This document shows, one piece after another, positions 42,383-54,508 of a DNA stretch of 64,000 nucleotides. The position numbers and the translations under genes were made by a program. Under the pieces are notes generated by a model. That model searched no databases. It was not told the DNA's origin and was given only the letters and a program-made list of their open reading frames with translations. The stretch lies in contig NC_043003.1 in assembly GCF_006345805.1 (NCBI RefSeq), positions 56,234,001-56,298,000 of the forward strand, written 5' to 3'. The stretch's first letter is position 1. Each line of letters begins with the position of its first letter. This DNA is from Octopus sinensis. Its lineage: Eukaryota.

Positions 42383-42884
42383 AATAACCTTTGCATTTGA
42401 TTTTTTAATGTCTCTACCCCCATACTTTCGTGAGTTGAATTGAGCAAACAATATATGAGAGAGGTTTTCTTTAAGTATTGGAAATAGTTTTAAAAAGATT
42501 TTTAGCTGCTATTTCTAATGAGTTCAGTATGCGGCAAAGTAATTTATTTTACTAAGCCCTTTTATATAATGTAATAATTTGAATTCGCCTTAAATGGTCC
42601 TTTGCATACTGAATACTTGGTGAAATTGATTAATTAATTAATTTTACCCTCAATTGTTAAAATTATAATTCATCTCTCTCTATTTAAATGCCTCGGATTT
42701 TAGCGAAAAAAGCATAGTGTTTGCTGATTTTAACCCACGCTGGTGGAAAGGGGAGAGCAGAAATCCTTCGCTTGCATATTTGAGTTTGTTGGCACTGTTA
42801 GTTTCGAGCAGATCTCAGAAGCGATAACAAGCCGAAAGGGTATGCTCCCACTTTCAGTGTTTTCAAATCCAAACCAGGGAGTTC

Positions 42885-42937
42885 TGAGCTGATGATAGAA
42901 GTGTCGATTTTGACTAATCTTGAAACGTACGTTCTCA
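42885..42937 (+). ncRNA. Type I hammerhead ribozyme (next tandem unit)
   Basis: Identical motif 555 bp downstream; predicted cleavage after 42933. Confidence 0.72.
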
Positions 42938-43245
42938 AATAACCTTTGCATTTGATTTTTTAATGTCTCTACCCCCATACTTTCGTGAGTTGAATTGAGC
43001 AAACAATATATGAGAGAGGTTTTCTTTAAGTATTGGAAATAGTTTTAAAAAAGATTTTTAGCTGCTATTTCTAATGAGTTCAGTATGCGGAAAAGTAATT
43101 TATTTTACTAAGCCCTTTTATATAATATATATATATATAGGGAGAAAAAAACAAAAGACAAAAGCAGGGGGTGTAAACAAGAAACTGCTGAATTAGTTTA
43201 ACGCTCAGGAAGTGATAAAGTCTTTAACGTTTCGAGCCTATACAT

Positions 43246-43378
43246 ACGACGGTCTTCTTTCAGTTTCCGTCGGTTCGAGGCTATAGTAGAAGACACTTAC
43301 AGAAGGTGCCATGCAGTGGGACTGAACTCGTAAGCATGTGTTTGGGAAGCAAGCTTCTACCACAGAACCACGCCTGCA
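43246..43378 (-). mobile_element. Partial CORE-type SINE head
   Basis: Matches the head of 28940/33582. Confidence 0.75.
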
Positions 43379-43388
43379 TATATATTAG

Positions 43389-43464
<76 letters not shown>

Positions 43465-43689
43465 ATCTATCTATCTATCTATCTATCTATCTCTATATAT
43501 TTGCATATATGGATACATGACGTCACCAACGGAGGAAGTAACATAGTCACGAGAGATAGATAGAAGATGCGGACAGTAATTATCGAAGAAAAACGAGTGA
43601 AATACGTAAACAACGAGAAAAGATTGGTTAACAGGACAAGTTAACAGAGAAAAAGAACCTTTCGTCAGTTGTCGTCTGTTTATCTAGTA

Positions 43690-43900
43690 CTCATTTCGAG
43701 TAATCATACGACAATGAGAATCTTCAAAGACAATAGCTCCCATATGCCAATCTGTAACCAAATGGCAAATCTTCCACTATGGCGAAGAACGAGTGGCTTG
43801 AATTGCACGTTAGAATGTAATATATAATATTTACAATACGTATTCTGCAATGAGCATATTCTTCCGATACTGTTTTAATATTTGCACAGTAAATACAGTT
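43690..43900 (-). pseudogene. Possible decayed Penelope-type GIY-YIG C-terminus followed by a decayed HHR-like motif
   Basis: ILTCNSSHSFF...YRLAYGSYCL*; the stop lies in tTGAaga, followed ~25 nt later by gaaa. Similarity judged by eye only. Confidence 0.25.
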
Positions 43901-44387
43901 GAAAAACAGGTAGTATGTATTAGTAATTACTGACCAACTCCAAATCAAAACAATTTTGTTAAAAAATACGGCCCATCAAGCTCTCTCCACATACGATATT
44001 AAACGGCCAGAAAATGTGTTTTCTATACTGTTACTCACATTGCTGGTTGTGTATTATTGTATTATTTTACTGACATTTTCATCGAAAGAAATGAAACGAA
44101 TTTTAGAAATCCTATTATATCCTGTCCATATTATCTACGAAATAACTAGAATTGAAAGGCCAGCATGCATTGAGGCTGCATACGTGAAAACATTTATAGT
44201 TTAGAAGGAAGTTCTAAGAATATTTTCTTTGTTTTCTTTTCTACTTGTAACCAGGTACACACATTCAGGGAGTTCTATACGCTTATTTTCTAAAACAGAT
44301 CATTAGACGAAAGATTGATTATCGGCAAAAAATGAAGCATGGTTACACGGTAAAATGTCTTTAGAGTGGGCATAAGTATTGAGAAAC

Positions 44388-44603
44388 TGGAATGTCAGGA
44401 ATGGTTGGAATGTCGGGAATGTATGGGATGTCACGAATGTCTATAATGTCTGGAATGTCAGAAGTTGGAAGTCTGGAATGTCTGGAATGTCTGGAATGTC
44501 AGGATTGTCAGGAATTTCTGGAATGTCAGGAATGGTTGGAATGTCAGGAATGTCCGGAATGTCTGGAATGTCAGGAATATCAGGAATGTCAGGAATGTCT
44601 GGA
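44388..44603. repeat. 9-bp minisatellite (GGAATGTCW)n
   Basis: Directly visible; abuts the 22-bp satellite. Confidence 0.93.
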
Positions 44604-47600
44604 ATATCTGTCGGCACCCTCTTTGATCTCTGTCGACACACTCTTTCATCTCTATGGACATCCTCTTTGATCTCTATCGGCACCCTCTTTGATCTCTGTC
44701 GGCACCCTCTTTGATCTCTGTCGGCACCCTCTCTGATCTATATCGGTCCCCTCTTTGATCTCTGTCGGCACCCTCTCTGATCTATGTCGGTACCCTCTTT
44801 GATCTCTGACGGCACCCTCTTTGATCTCTGTCGGCACCCTCTCTGATCTCTGTCGGCACCCTCTTTGATCTCTGTCGGCACCCTCTTTGATCTCTGTCGG
44901 TACCCTCTTTGATATCTGTCGGCACCCTCTTTGGACATCCTCTTTGATCTCTGTCGGCACCCTCTTTGATCTCTGTCGGCACCCTCTTTGATCTATGTCG
45001 GTACCCTCTTTGATCTCTGTCGGCACCCTCTCTGATCTATATCGGTCCCCTCTTTGATCTCTGTCGGCACCCTCTCTGATCTCTGTCGGTACCCTCTTTG
45101 ATCTCTGTCGGCACCCTCTCTGATCTCTGTCGGCACCCTCTTTGATCTCTGTCGGCACCCTCTTTGATCTCTGTCGGTACCCTCTTTGATATCTGTCGGC
45201 ACCCTCTTTGGACATCCTCTTTGATCTCTGTCGGCACCCTCTTTGATCTCTGTCGGCACCCTCTTTGATCTCTGTCGGCACCCTCTTTGATCTCTCTCGG
45301 CACCCTCTTTGATCTCTGTCGGCACCCTCTTTGATCTCTGTCGGCACCCTCTTTGATCTATGTCGGTACCCTCTTTGATCTCTGTCGGCACCCTCTCTGA
45401 TCTATATCGGTCCCCTCTTTGATATCTGTCGGCACCCTCTCTGATCTATGTCGGTACCCTCTTTGATCTCTGACGGCACCCTCTTTGATCTCTGTCGGCA
45501 CCCTCTCTGATCTCTGTCGGCATCCTCTTTGATCCCTGTCGGCACCCTCTTTGATCTATGTCGGTACCCTCTTTGATCTCTGACGACACCCTCTTTGATC
45601 TCTCTCGGCACCCTCTTTGATCTCTGTCGGCACCCTCTCTGATCTATGTCGGTCCCCTCTTTGATCTCTGTCGGCACCCTCTTTGATCTCTGTCGGCACC
45701 CTCTCTGATCTCTGTCGGTACCCTCTTTGATCTCTGACGGCACCCTCTTTGATCTCTCTCGGCACCCTCTTTGATCTCTCTCGGCACCCTCTTTGATCTC
45801 TCTCGGCACCCTCTTTGATCTATGTCGGTCCCCTCTTTGATCTCTGTCGGCACCCTCTTTGATCTCTGTCGGCACCCTCTTTGATCTCTGTCGGTACCCT
45901 CTTTGATATCTGTCGGCACCCTCTTTGGACATCCTCTTTGATCTCTATCGGCAACCTCTTTGATCTCTCTCGGCACCCTCTTTGATCTCTCTCGGCACCC
46001 TCTTTGATCTCTCTCGGCACCCTCTTTGATCTATGTCGGTCCCCTCTTTGATCTCTGTCGGCACCCTCTTTGATCTCTGTCGGCACCCTCTTTGATCTCT
46101 GTCGGCACCCTCTTTGATCTCTGTCGGCTCCCTCTTTGATCTCTCTCGGCACCCTCTTTGGACATCCTCTTTGATCTCTGTCGGCACCCTCTTTGATCTC
46201 TGTCGGCACCCTCTTTGATCTCTGTCGGCACCCTCTTTGATCTCTGTCGGCACCCTCTTTGATCTCTCTCGGCACCCTCTTTGATCTCTGTCGGCACCCT
46301 CTTTGATCTCTGTCGGCACCCTCTTTGATCTCTGTCGGCACCCTCTTTGATCTCTGTCGGCACCCTCTTTGATCTCTGTCGGCACCCTCTTTGATCTCGG
46401 TCGGTACCCTCTTTGATATCTGTCGGCACCCTCTTTGGACATCCTCTTTGATCTCTATCGGCACCTCTTTGATCTCTTCGACTCTCTCTCGGCACCTCTC
46501 GGCACCCTCTTGATCTCTGTCGGCACCCTCTCGGCACCCTCTTTGATCTCTGTCGGCTCCCTCTTTGATCTCTCTCGGCACCCTCTTTGGACATCCTCTT
46601 TGATCTCTGTCGGCACCCTCTTTGATCTCTGTCGGTACCCTCTTTGATATCTGTCGGCACCCTCTTTGGACATCCTCTTTGATCTCTGTCGGCTCCCTCT
46701 TTGATATCTGTCGGCACCCTCTTTGGACATCCTCTTTGATCTCTGTCGGCACCCTCTTTGATCTCTGTCGGCACTCTCTTTGATCTCTGTCGGCACCCTC
46801 TTTGATCTCTGTCGGCACCCTCTTTGATCTCTGTCGGTACCCTCTTTGATATCTGTCGGCACCCTCTTCGGTCTCACTCTCCTCTTGGACATCCTCTTCG
46901 ATCTCTATCGGAACCTCTTTGATCTCTCTCGGCACCCTCTTTGATCTCTGTCGGCACCCTCTTTGATCTCTCTGACGGACCCTCTTTGATCTCTCTCGGC
47001 ACCCTCTTTGATCTCTCTCGGCACCCTCTTGATCTCTCTCGGCACCCTCTTTGATCTATGTCGGTCCCCTCTTTGATCTCTGTCGGCACCCTCTTTGATC
47101 TCTGTCGGCACCCTCTTTGATCTCTGTCGGTACCCTCTTTGATATCTGTCGGCCCCTCTCTTGGACATCTCTTTGATCTCTATCGGAACCTCTTTGATCT
47201 CTCTCGGCACCCTCTTTGATCTCTCTCGGCACCCTCTTTGATCTCTGTCGGCACCCTCTTTGATCTCTGTCGGCTCCCTCTTTGATCTCTCTCGGCACCC
47301 TCTTTGGACATCCTCTTTGATCTCTGTCGGCACCCTCTTTGATCTCTGTCGGCACCCTCTTTGATCTCTGTCGGCACCCTCTTTGATCTCTGTCGGCACC
47401 CTCTTTGATCTCTGTCGCACCCTCTTTGATCTCGGTCGGTACCCTCTTTGATATCTGTCGGCCCACCCTCTTTGGACATCCTCTTTGATCTCTATCGGCC
47501 ACCCTCTTTGATCTCTCTCGGCACCCTCTTTGATCTCTGTCGGCACCCTTTGATCTCTGTCGGCTCCCTCTTGATCTCTCTCGGCACCCTCTTTGGACAT

Positions 47601-49893
47601 CCTCTTTGATCTCTGTCGGCACCCTCTTTGATCTCTGTCGGCACCCTCTTTGATCTCTGTCGGCACCCTCTTGATCTCTGACGGCACCCTCTTTGATCTC
47701 TGTCGGCACCCTCTTTGATCTCTGTCGGCACCCTCTTTGATCTCTGTCGGCACCCTCTTTGATCTCTGTCGGTAACCTCTTTGATATCTGTCGGCACCCT
47801 CTTTGACATCCTCTTTGATCTCTGTCGGCACCTCTCTTTGATCTCTGTCGGCACCCTCTTTGATCTCTGTCGGCACCTCTTTGATCTCTGTCGGCACCCT
47901 CTTTGATCTCTGTCGGCTCCCTCTTTGATCTCTCTCGGCACCCTCTTTGGACATCCTCTTTGATCTCTGTCGGCACCCTCTTTGATCTCTGTCGGCACCC
48001 TCTTTGATCTCTGTCGGCACCCTCTTTGATCTCTGTCGGCACCCTCTTTGATCTCTGTCGGCACCCTCTTTGATCTCGGTCGGTACCCTCTTTGATATCT
48101 GTCGGCACCCTCTTTGGACATCCTCTTTGATCTCTATCGGCACCCTCTTTGATCTCTCTCGGCACCCTCTTTGATCTCTGTCGGCACCCTCTTTGATCTC
48201 TGTCGGCTCCCTCTTTGATCTCTCTCGGCACCCTCTTTGGACATCCTCTTTGATCTCTGTCGGCACCCTCTTTGATCTCTGTCGGCACCCTCTTTGATCT
48301 CTGTCGGCACCCTCTTTGATCTCTGACGGCACCCTCTTTGATCTCTGTCGGCACCCTCTTTGATCTCTGTCGGCACCCTCTTTGATCTCTGTCGGCACCC
48401 TCTTTGATCTCTGTCGGTAACCCTCTTTGATATCTGTCGGCACCCTCTTGGACATCCTCTTTGATCTCTGTCGGCACCCTCTTTGATCTCTGTCGGCACC
48501 CTCTTTGATCTCTGTCGGCACCCTCTTTGATCTCTGTCGGCACCCTCTTTGATCTCTGTCGGCTCCCTCTTTGATCTCTCTCGGCACCCTCTTTGGACAT
48601 CCTCTTTGATCTCTGTCGGCACCCTCTTTGATCTCTGTCGGCACCCTCTTTGATCTCTGTCGGCACCTCTTTGATCTCTGTCGGCCACCCTTTGATCTCT
48701 GTCGGCTCCCTCTTTGATCTCTCTCGGCACCCTCTTTGGACATCCTCTTTGATCTCTGTCGGCACCCTCTTTGATCTCTGTCGGCACCCTCTTTGATCTC
48801 TGTCGGCACCCTCTTTGATCTCTGTCGGTACCCTCTTTGATATCTGTCGGCACCCTCTTTGGACATCCTCTTTGATCTCTGTCGGCACCCTCTTTGATCT
48901 CTGTCGGCACTCTCTTTGATCTCTGTCGGCACCCTCTTTGATCTCTGTCGGTACCCTCTTTGATATCTGTCGGCACCCTCTTTGGACATCCTCTTTGATC
49001 TCTGTCGGCTCCCTCTTTGATATCTGTCGGCACCCTCTTTGGACATCCTCTTTGATCTCTGTCGGCACCCTCTTTGATCTCTGTCGGCACCCTCTTTGAT
49101 CTCTGTCGGCTCCCTCTTTGATCTCTCTCGGCACCCTCTTTGGACATCCTCTTTGATCTCTGTCGGCACCATCTTTGATCTCTGTCGGCACCCTCTTTGA
49201 TCTCTGTCGGCACCCTCTTTGATCTCTGTCGGTACCCTCTTTGATATCTGTCGGCACCCTCTTTGGACATCCTCTTTGATCTCTGTCGGCACCCTCTTTG
49301 ATCTCTGTCGGCACTCTCTTTGATCTCTGTCGGCACCCTCTTTGATCTCTGTCGGTACCCTCTTTGATATCTGTCGGCACCCTCTTTGGACATCCTCTTT
49401 GATCTCTGTCGGCTCCCTCTTTGATATCTGTCGGCACCCTCTTTGGACATCCTCTTTGATCTCTGTCGGCACTCTCTTTGATCTCTGTCGGCACCCTCTT
49501 TGATCTCTGTCGGCACCCTCTTTGATCTCTGTCGGCACCCTCTTTGATCTCTGTCGGCTCCCTCTTTGATCTCTCTCGGCACCCTCTTTGGACATCCTCT
49601 TTGATCTCTGTCGGCACCCTCTTTGATCTCTGTCGGCACCCTCTTTGATCTCTGTCGGCACCCTCTTTGATCTCTGTCGGCACCCTCTTTGATCTATGTC
49701 GGCACCCTCTTTGATCTCTGTCGGCACCCTCTTTGATCTCTGTCGGCACCCTCTTTGATCTCTCTCGGCACCCTCTTTGATCTATGTCGGTCCCCTCTTT
49801 GATCTCTGACGGCACCCTCTTTGATCTCTGTCGGCACCCTCATTGATCTGTGTCAACACTCCTCTTTGATCTCTGTCGACACCCTCTTTGATC
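44604..49893. repeat. 5.3-kb satellite, 22-bp unit GATCTCTGTCGGCACCCTCTTT, with 13-bp insertion variant and higher-order structure
   Basis: Directly visible; variants GGTACC, GATATC, GGCTCC and +GGACATCCTCTTT recur in order. Confidence 0.98.
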
Positions 49894-50777
49894 ATTGTTG
49901 GCAATCTACTACCAATTGACATTGTATTAGCTCTGACTTTGAAAACTAGGGCATGGAATAATAATGAAATGCCTTCAGAACGAAAGGGATCTGGAGGTAT
50001 GTAAAATACATAGGTAGGATTATTGATGCAATAACTGGAATTTCCACCGAAGCTGTCGTCCAGACCATCAAATGCCATCCTAAAATTTTATCACGATGCA
50101 ATCAACGGATGGTAATTATCAGAGAGTCGAAATGAAATTAAATTCATTAAAACAGTACACGCAAAGATAAAATTATAAGATGCAGTGATTTGGAGGTTAT
50201 ATTGAAGAATAAGTAAAATGTAAGTGCAACACACCAGATGAAGTGATGAAGAACAGGGCAAGAAAATGTGAAAAGTAACAGAAATCAATTGTCCAGCAAG
50301 TATTTATATATAGATAAAGAAGACACGTATATCATTAGTAGAACTTAAATATAAATTTACCTGTAAATATTTAGGAATATGGTTACGTAACTAAATTCAT
50401 GAACACCAATCACAAGATGGGTTTCGCAAAACTAGAAATTACGTCTAATTGAGACACAGGTAAATAGAACTTTCTACTTACAAGCCATTAATGGAACTTT
50501 AAAAAAATGGAAAGTTTCCAGGACTTTAGCCTGAAATATGTACACATACACATATATACACATATAGATATATATTTTTACATACATGAATCAAAAGGTG
50601 CAGCAAATCGCTTACTCGGCATTTAATTATATGCATTCATATTCAAACGTATGCAGGAACTTATATATACAGCTACCCAAATATATATGCAATTTCCAAT
50701 AAAAGAATCCGTTGGAAAACGGTAAATTTTGTAAAACAAGACCATAGCGTTGTACTTACATGCTTACAAACAAACAA

Positions 50778-50861
50778 AGATAGATAGATAGATAGATAGA
50801 CAGAGAGATAGACAGAGAGATAGACAGAGAGATTGACAGAGAGATAGACAGACAGACAGAC

Positions 50862-50960
<99 letters not shown>

Positions 50961-51008
50961 GTGATAGATAGATAGAGGGATTGATTGATAGAATGATTGA
51001 TTGATAGA
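50778..51008. repeat. (GATA)/(GACA)n array
   Basis: Directly visible. Confidence 0.95.
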
Positions 51009-51616
51009 TACACATATTTACATTCATGCATGCACGAATATATATAGATAGAAAGTCAGACAGGTCAACAATTACCAATGTCAGACTATTAAAACGATCC
51101 AAGAAATATCAGTGACATAAGCGATAACAAACGAAACATTGCCACTTATAACGAGCAATGAATATAACAACTCGAGAAGCTGCAAGCAAGAAAAGAAAAG
51201 TCACTTGAAATCTCTCCTTCACCAATCTATCTGAAGATTCTAATCACTACTCGTGTATCTTCGCAAATTTGTTCAATGAAAAGAACGTAAATTAATGATG
51301 GTTCTTAAACAATGGACTATAGTGTCCTCAAAATTGTTTACCATTAACTTGTTTATCTTTTAATTGTTTCAATCGTTAGACTGCAGCCATGCTTAGGCAT
51401 CGCCTTGAAGAATTTTCAGTCGAATGAACAGACACTATACTTATTTTTTGTTAAGCTAAGTACGTATTCTATCGGTATTTATTTCCGCACCGTTAAGTTA
51501 CGGTGACTTAAACACACCAACACCAATTTTCAAGCAGTAGCGGGGGGATACAAAAAAGCCACAGAGGTAGATCTGTCTGTCTCTCCCCCCTCTCTCTCTG
51601 TATGTATATATATATA

Positions 51617-51797
51617 GGGGGAGTTTACGAAAAAAAACAAAAGACGAAGACAGGTGGTGTACAAAATAAACAGATGTATTAGTATAAAGCTCAGGAATAG
51701 AAAAGACTTTTACGTTTCGAGCCTACGCTCTTCTACAGAAAGGGACACAGAAAAAACAAGGAGAGAAAAATGTGTTATGGCTAACGATCTATCATGG

Positions 51798-51800
<3 letters not shown>
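51617..51800 (-). mobile_element. ~190-bp TA-flanked repeat with variant hammerhead-like motif (family of 6031)
   Basis: TA runs on both sides; motif at 51707-51742. Confidence 0.78.
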
Positions 51801-51872
<72 letters not shown>

Positions 51873-52100
51873 TGAACGTATGTATATATATAGTTAATCC
51901 AAACATGAACAAAGAGAAAACACAACAACGCGAGGATTGGAAGAAGTATAGTGTTATTGGACGATCGGGAAAGACAAAGAAACGTTTCGAGCGGAGCTCT
52001 TCCTCAGAAACATAGAAAAAGAAGACGGAGAAAGAAAATCGCCAACGATACACACATGGTCACATATTGAATGACCGGAAGGGAATGGGGTAAGAAGAAG

Positions 52101-52129
<29 letters not shown>

Positions 52130-52140
<11 letters not shown>

Positions 52141-52477
52141 CCCCTAACATCGCTTGACAACCGATGCTGATGTGTTTACGTCCCCGTAACGATAGAATAA
52201 GTACTAGGCTTACAAAGAATAAGCTCTGGGGGCGATTTGCTCGACTATAAAGGCGGTGCTCCAGCATGGCTGCAGTTAAATGACTGAAACAAGTAAAAGA
52301 GTAAAAGAATATACGACGGACTTCTTTCAGTTTCCGTCTAACAAATCCACTCACATGACTTTGGTCCGCTAAAGGCTAGATTAGAAGACACTTGCCTAAG
52401 GTGACATGCAATGGGACAGGACCTGGAAGCATGTGATTGAGAAGCAAGCTTCTTACCACGTAGCCACGCCCTCGCCT
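52130..52477. mobile_element. CORE-type SINE tail (+) joined to a SINE head (-)
   Basis: 52130-52310 matches the family tail on +; 52311-52477 matches the family head on -. Confidence 0.75.
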
Positions 52478-54308
52478 CTTTTTCCACAACATGCAAATAT
52501 TTTACCTATATACTCAATAACGGACTGAATGTTTGCCTGCAGAAAAAAAACACCTTAACAAATGAGTAGAAAGGTAAACGTGATTGGGTATATGGCGGCA
52601 AAGAGAACTACTATTGAATCGGATGCTTACCGTAAATGGTAAGAGTAATGTTGACCCTTAAATTTGTTTGTCATAGATTAGAAACTACAAATAATTTCAT
52701 AAATGAAGGCACAATGGTTAAGTGGACACGTTGCTTGTAAATAAAACATCCTGCATAGCAACACTGTACTCCATATTTGCTATTTGTTATTTGAAATTTG
52801 AAAAACAACTATAGCATTGCTAGGAAAAGAGATTAGTGAAATAAGAGGCAGCTTTAAAACAAAATCCTTAGTTATATTACGGAAGCGGTGTAGGAGAAAG
52901 AGGAGAATGGAGAGGTGAACCAGGTGAAAGTGGAAGAGGTGGAAGCACCGAAACAGACAAGGGGAGCGACGTCGTGGAGGAAAATAAGTAAATTTGGTAT
53001 CGGTAAAGCGATGAGATGGCAATGGAAAACATGTCGATGATGATAATGAGGAGATAATGTGTGTGCGAGTGAGAGTGTGTGTGTGTGAGTGTAGGTGAGT
53101 AGGACGAAGAGATAATTATAATGATGTTCATGATGGTGAGGAGAATAATGAAAACAAAGATCTGCTGCTCAACAAAATGAAAATTATTCGTGCATTTTCA
53201 ATGATTCGTCTAGACAGACTGATAGCATGCCCTTTGTATACACAACGACTCACAAACATACGCATACATGCTGAGATGTATAAACACGCAAACACTAACA
53301 CCATCAAACTCATAGCACAAGAGTACACACACACGTACGCACAGTTTCCAGCCTACTCTTACCTGTACACATTCACTCACATCAGAAAAAAAAAACCCGG
53401 CTAAATCATACAAAGACATACACAAGAAATCAAGAAAAATTTAAATAGAATTTAATCGAAACACTATAATTTTGTGTCTGGAAGAATTTGTGAATTATTG
53501 TTAAAGAGAAAAAGGAGGGAGAGTTTTGACTGGAAAAGAGTAATTGGAGAGGATGTAGAAGGGGAAATTTAAGTTAAAGAGAGAGAAAGAGAAAGTGATT
53601 AATACGATTTAAGAGTGAAATAAGACAAGAGAGTGCGAGAGATAAAGAGAGAACAAGAGAGAGAGAGAGAGAGAGAAAGAGTGAGAGAGAGAGAGAGTGT
53701 ATGTGGTTGGTGAAATTAGATCAGATAATTGGGGTAGGATAAGAGTGACAGACTGAGGGAAGAATTTTATCCAAAGTCAGAAATATTTCACTCAATAACA
53801 CAACTACAAGTCTTCTGCTTATAACGCAAACGAAACCCTCCTCATTTGCACCCACCGAAATTAATTCATTTCTACAAAGAGCAAGCTTTGGAAGTTGAAC
53901 ATGCATGTGTGTGTGTGTGCTCATGTTTTTGTGTATGTGTGAGTGTGTGTTTGCATGCGTGTGTATGTTTGAGTATGTGGGCGCGCATCTGTTTAAAAGA
54001 TATGCTTTAAAATATTGATTATATAAAACAAAACTTTACAGAAAGTATATACACATATCTTATGACACGATTTTGTGTAAGCGTTTTTCGCTATTTTCAA
54101 CATAGGTCAAACATACAGTTCTATATTTAAGAGACGAGGAATTATGTACATTATTAACATTATTTACAGTATTTACATTTGATGGATATTTGTCCTCATC
54201 TTGTTTGTTGTTAACACAACGTTTCGGCTGATATACCTTCTAGCCTTCATGAGGTGTCTCGGATAAATTTCGAACCTGTGTTCTTATTCCTGAAAAAAAA
54301 AGCCTACA

Positions 54309-54378
54309 GGCATATGGCATAGAGGTTAATAGCACGGTCTACTAACCCCAAGATTCTGAGTTCGATTCTAGGCAGTGA

Positions 54379-54385
<7 letters not shown>
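54309..54385 (+). promoter_or_regulatory. Internal Pol III type 2 promoter (tRNA-like head)
   Basis: A-box-like tggcatagagg and B-box-like gagttcgattc at tRNA-like spacing. Confidence 0.65.
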
Positions 54386-54414
<29 letters not shown>

Positions 54415-54464
54415 CATCGAAAAATACCTTAGGAATGAGAAACCAGGTTCGAAATTTCTCCAAG

Positions 54465-54508
54465 ACACCTGATGAAGGCTGGAGGGTATATCAGCCGAAA
54501 CGTTGTGC
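54465..54508 (+). ncRNA. Minimal type I hammerhead ribozyme
   Basis: acac-CUGAUGA(54469-54475)-a-ggctg/cagcc stem II-GAAA-CG-U-U(54504)-gtg; helix III reduced to the ACGU palindrome. Confidence 0.8.

Larger units (their letters stand above)
41536..43130 (+). mobile_element. Retrozyme/Penelope-pLTR-like element: inverted 5' arm plus 555-bp tandem units carrying HHRs
   Basis: 41536-41798 is the reverse complement of 41851-42111 (52-nt spacer); GAAA cores at 41811, 42367, 42922 (period 556/555); both ends merge into TA runs at tataat. Confidence 0.85.

Noticed and set aside
42124-43002. 107-aa and 90-aa minus-strand ORFs in the 555-bp units
   Set aside because: They differ by a frameshift between units, have no recognisable domain, and are antisense to the ribozyme.
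44652-49815. ORFs up to 940 aa annotated as CDS
   Set aside because: A direct consequence of a stop-free 22-bp unit; frames are shifted freely by indels and no unique domains flank them.
51975-52012. CUGAGGA-a-gagc/gctc-GAAACGUU hammerhead core on the minus strand
   Set aside because: Stem I cannot pair in this copy (ttt versus tct); counted only as a decayed member.
54309-54385. tRNA-like sequences (also 15920-15993, 31520-31598, 61375-61430) as tRNA genes
   Set aside because: No complete cloverleaf; they continue into SINE bodies.
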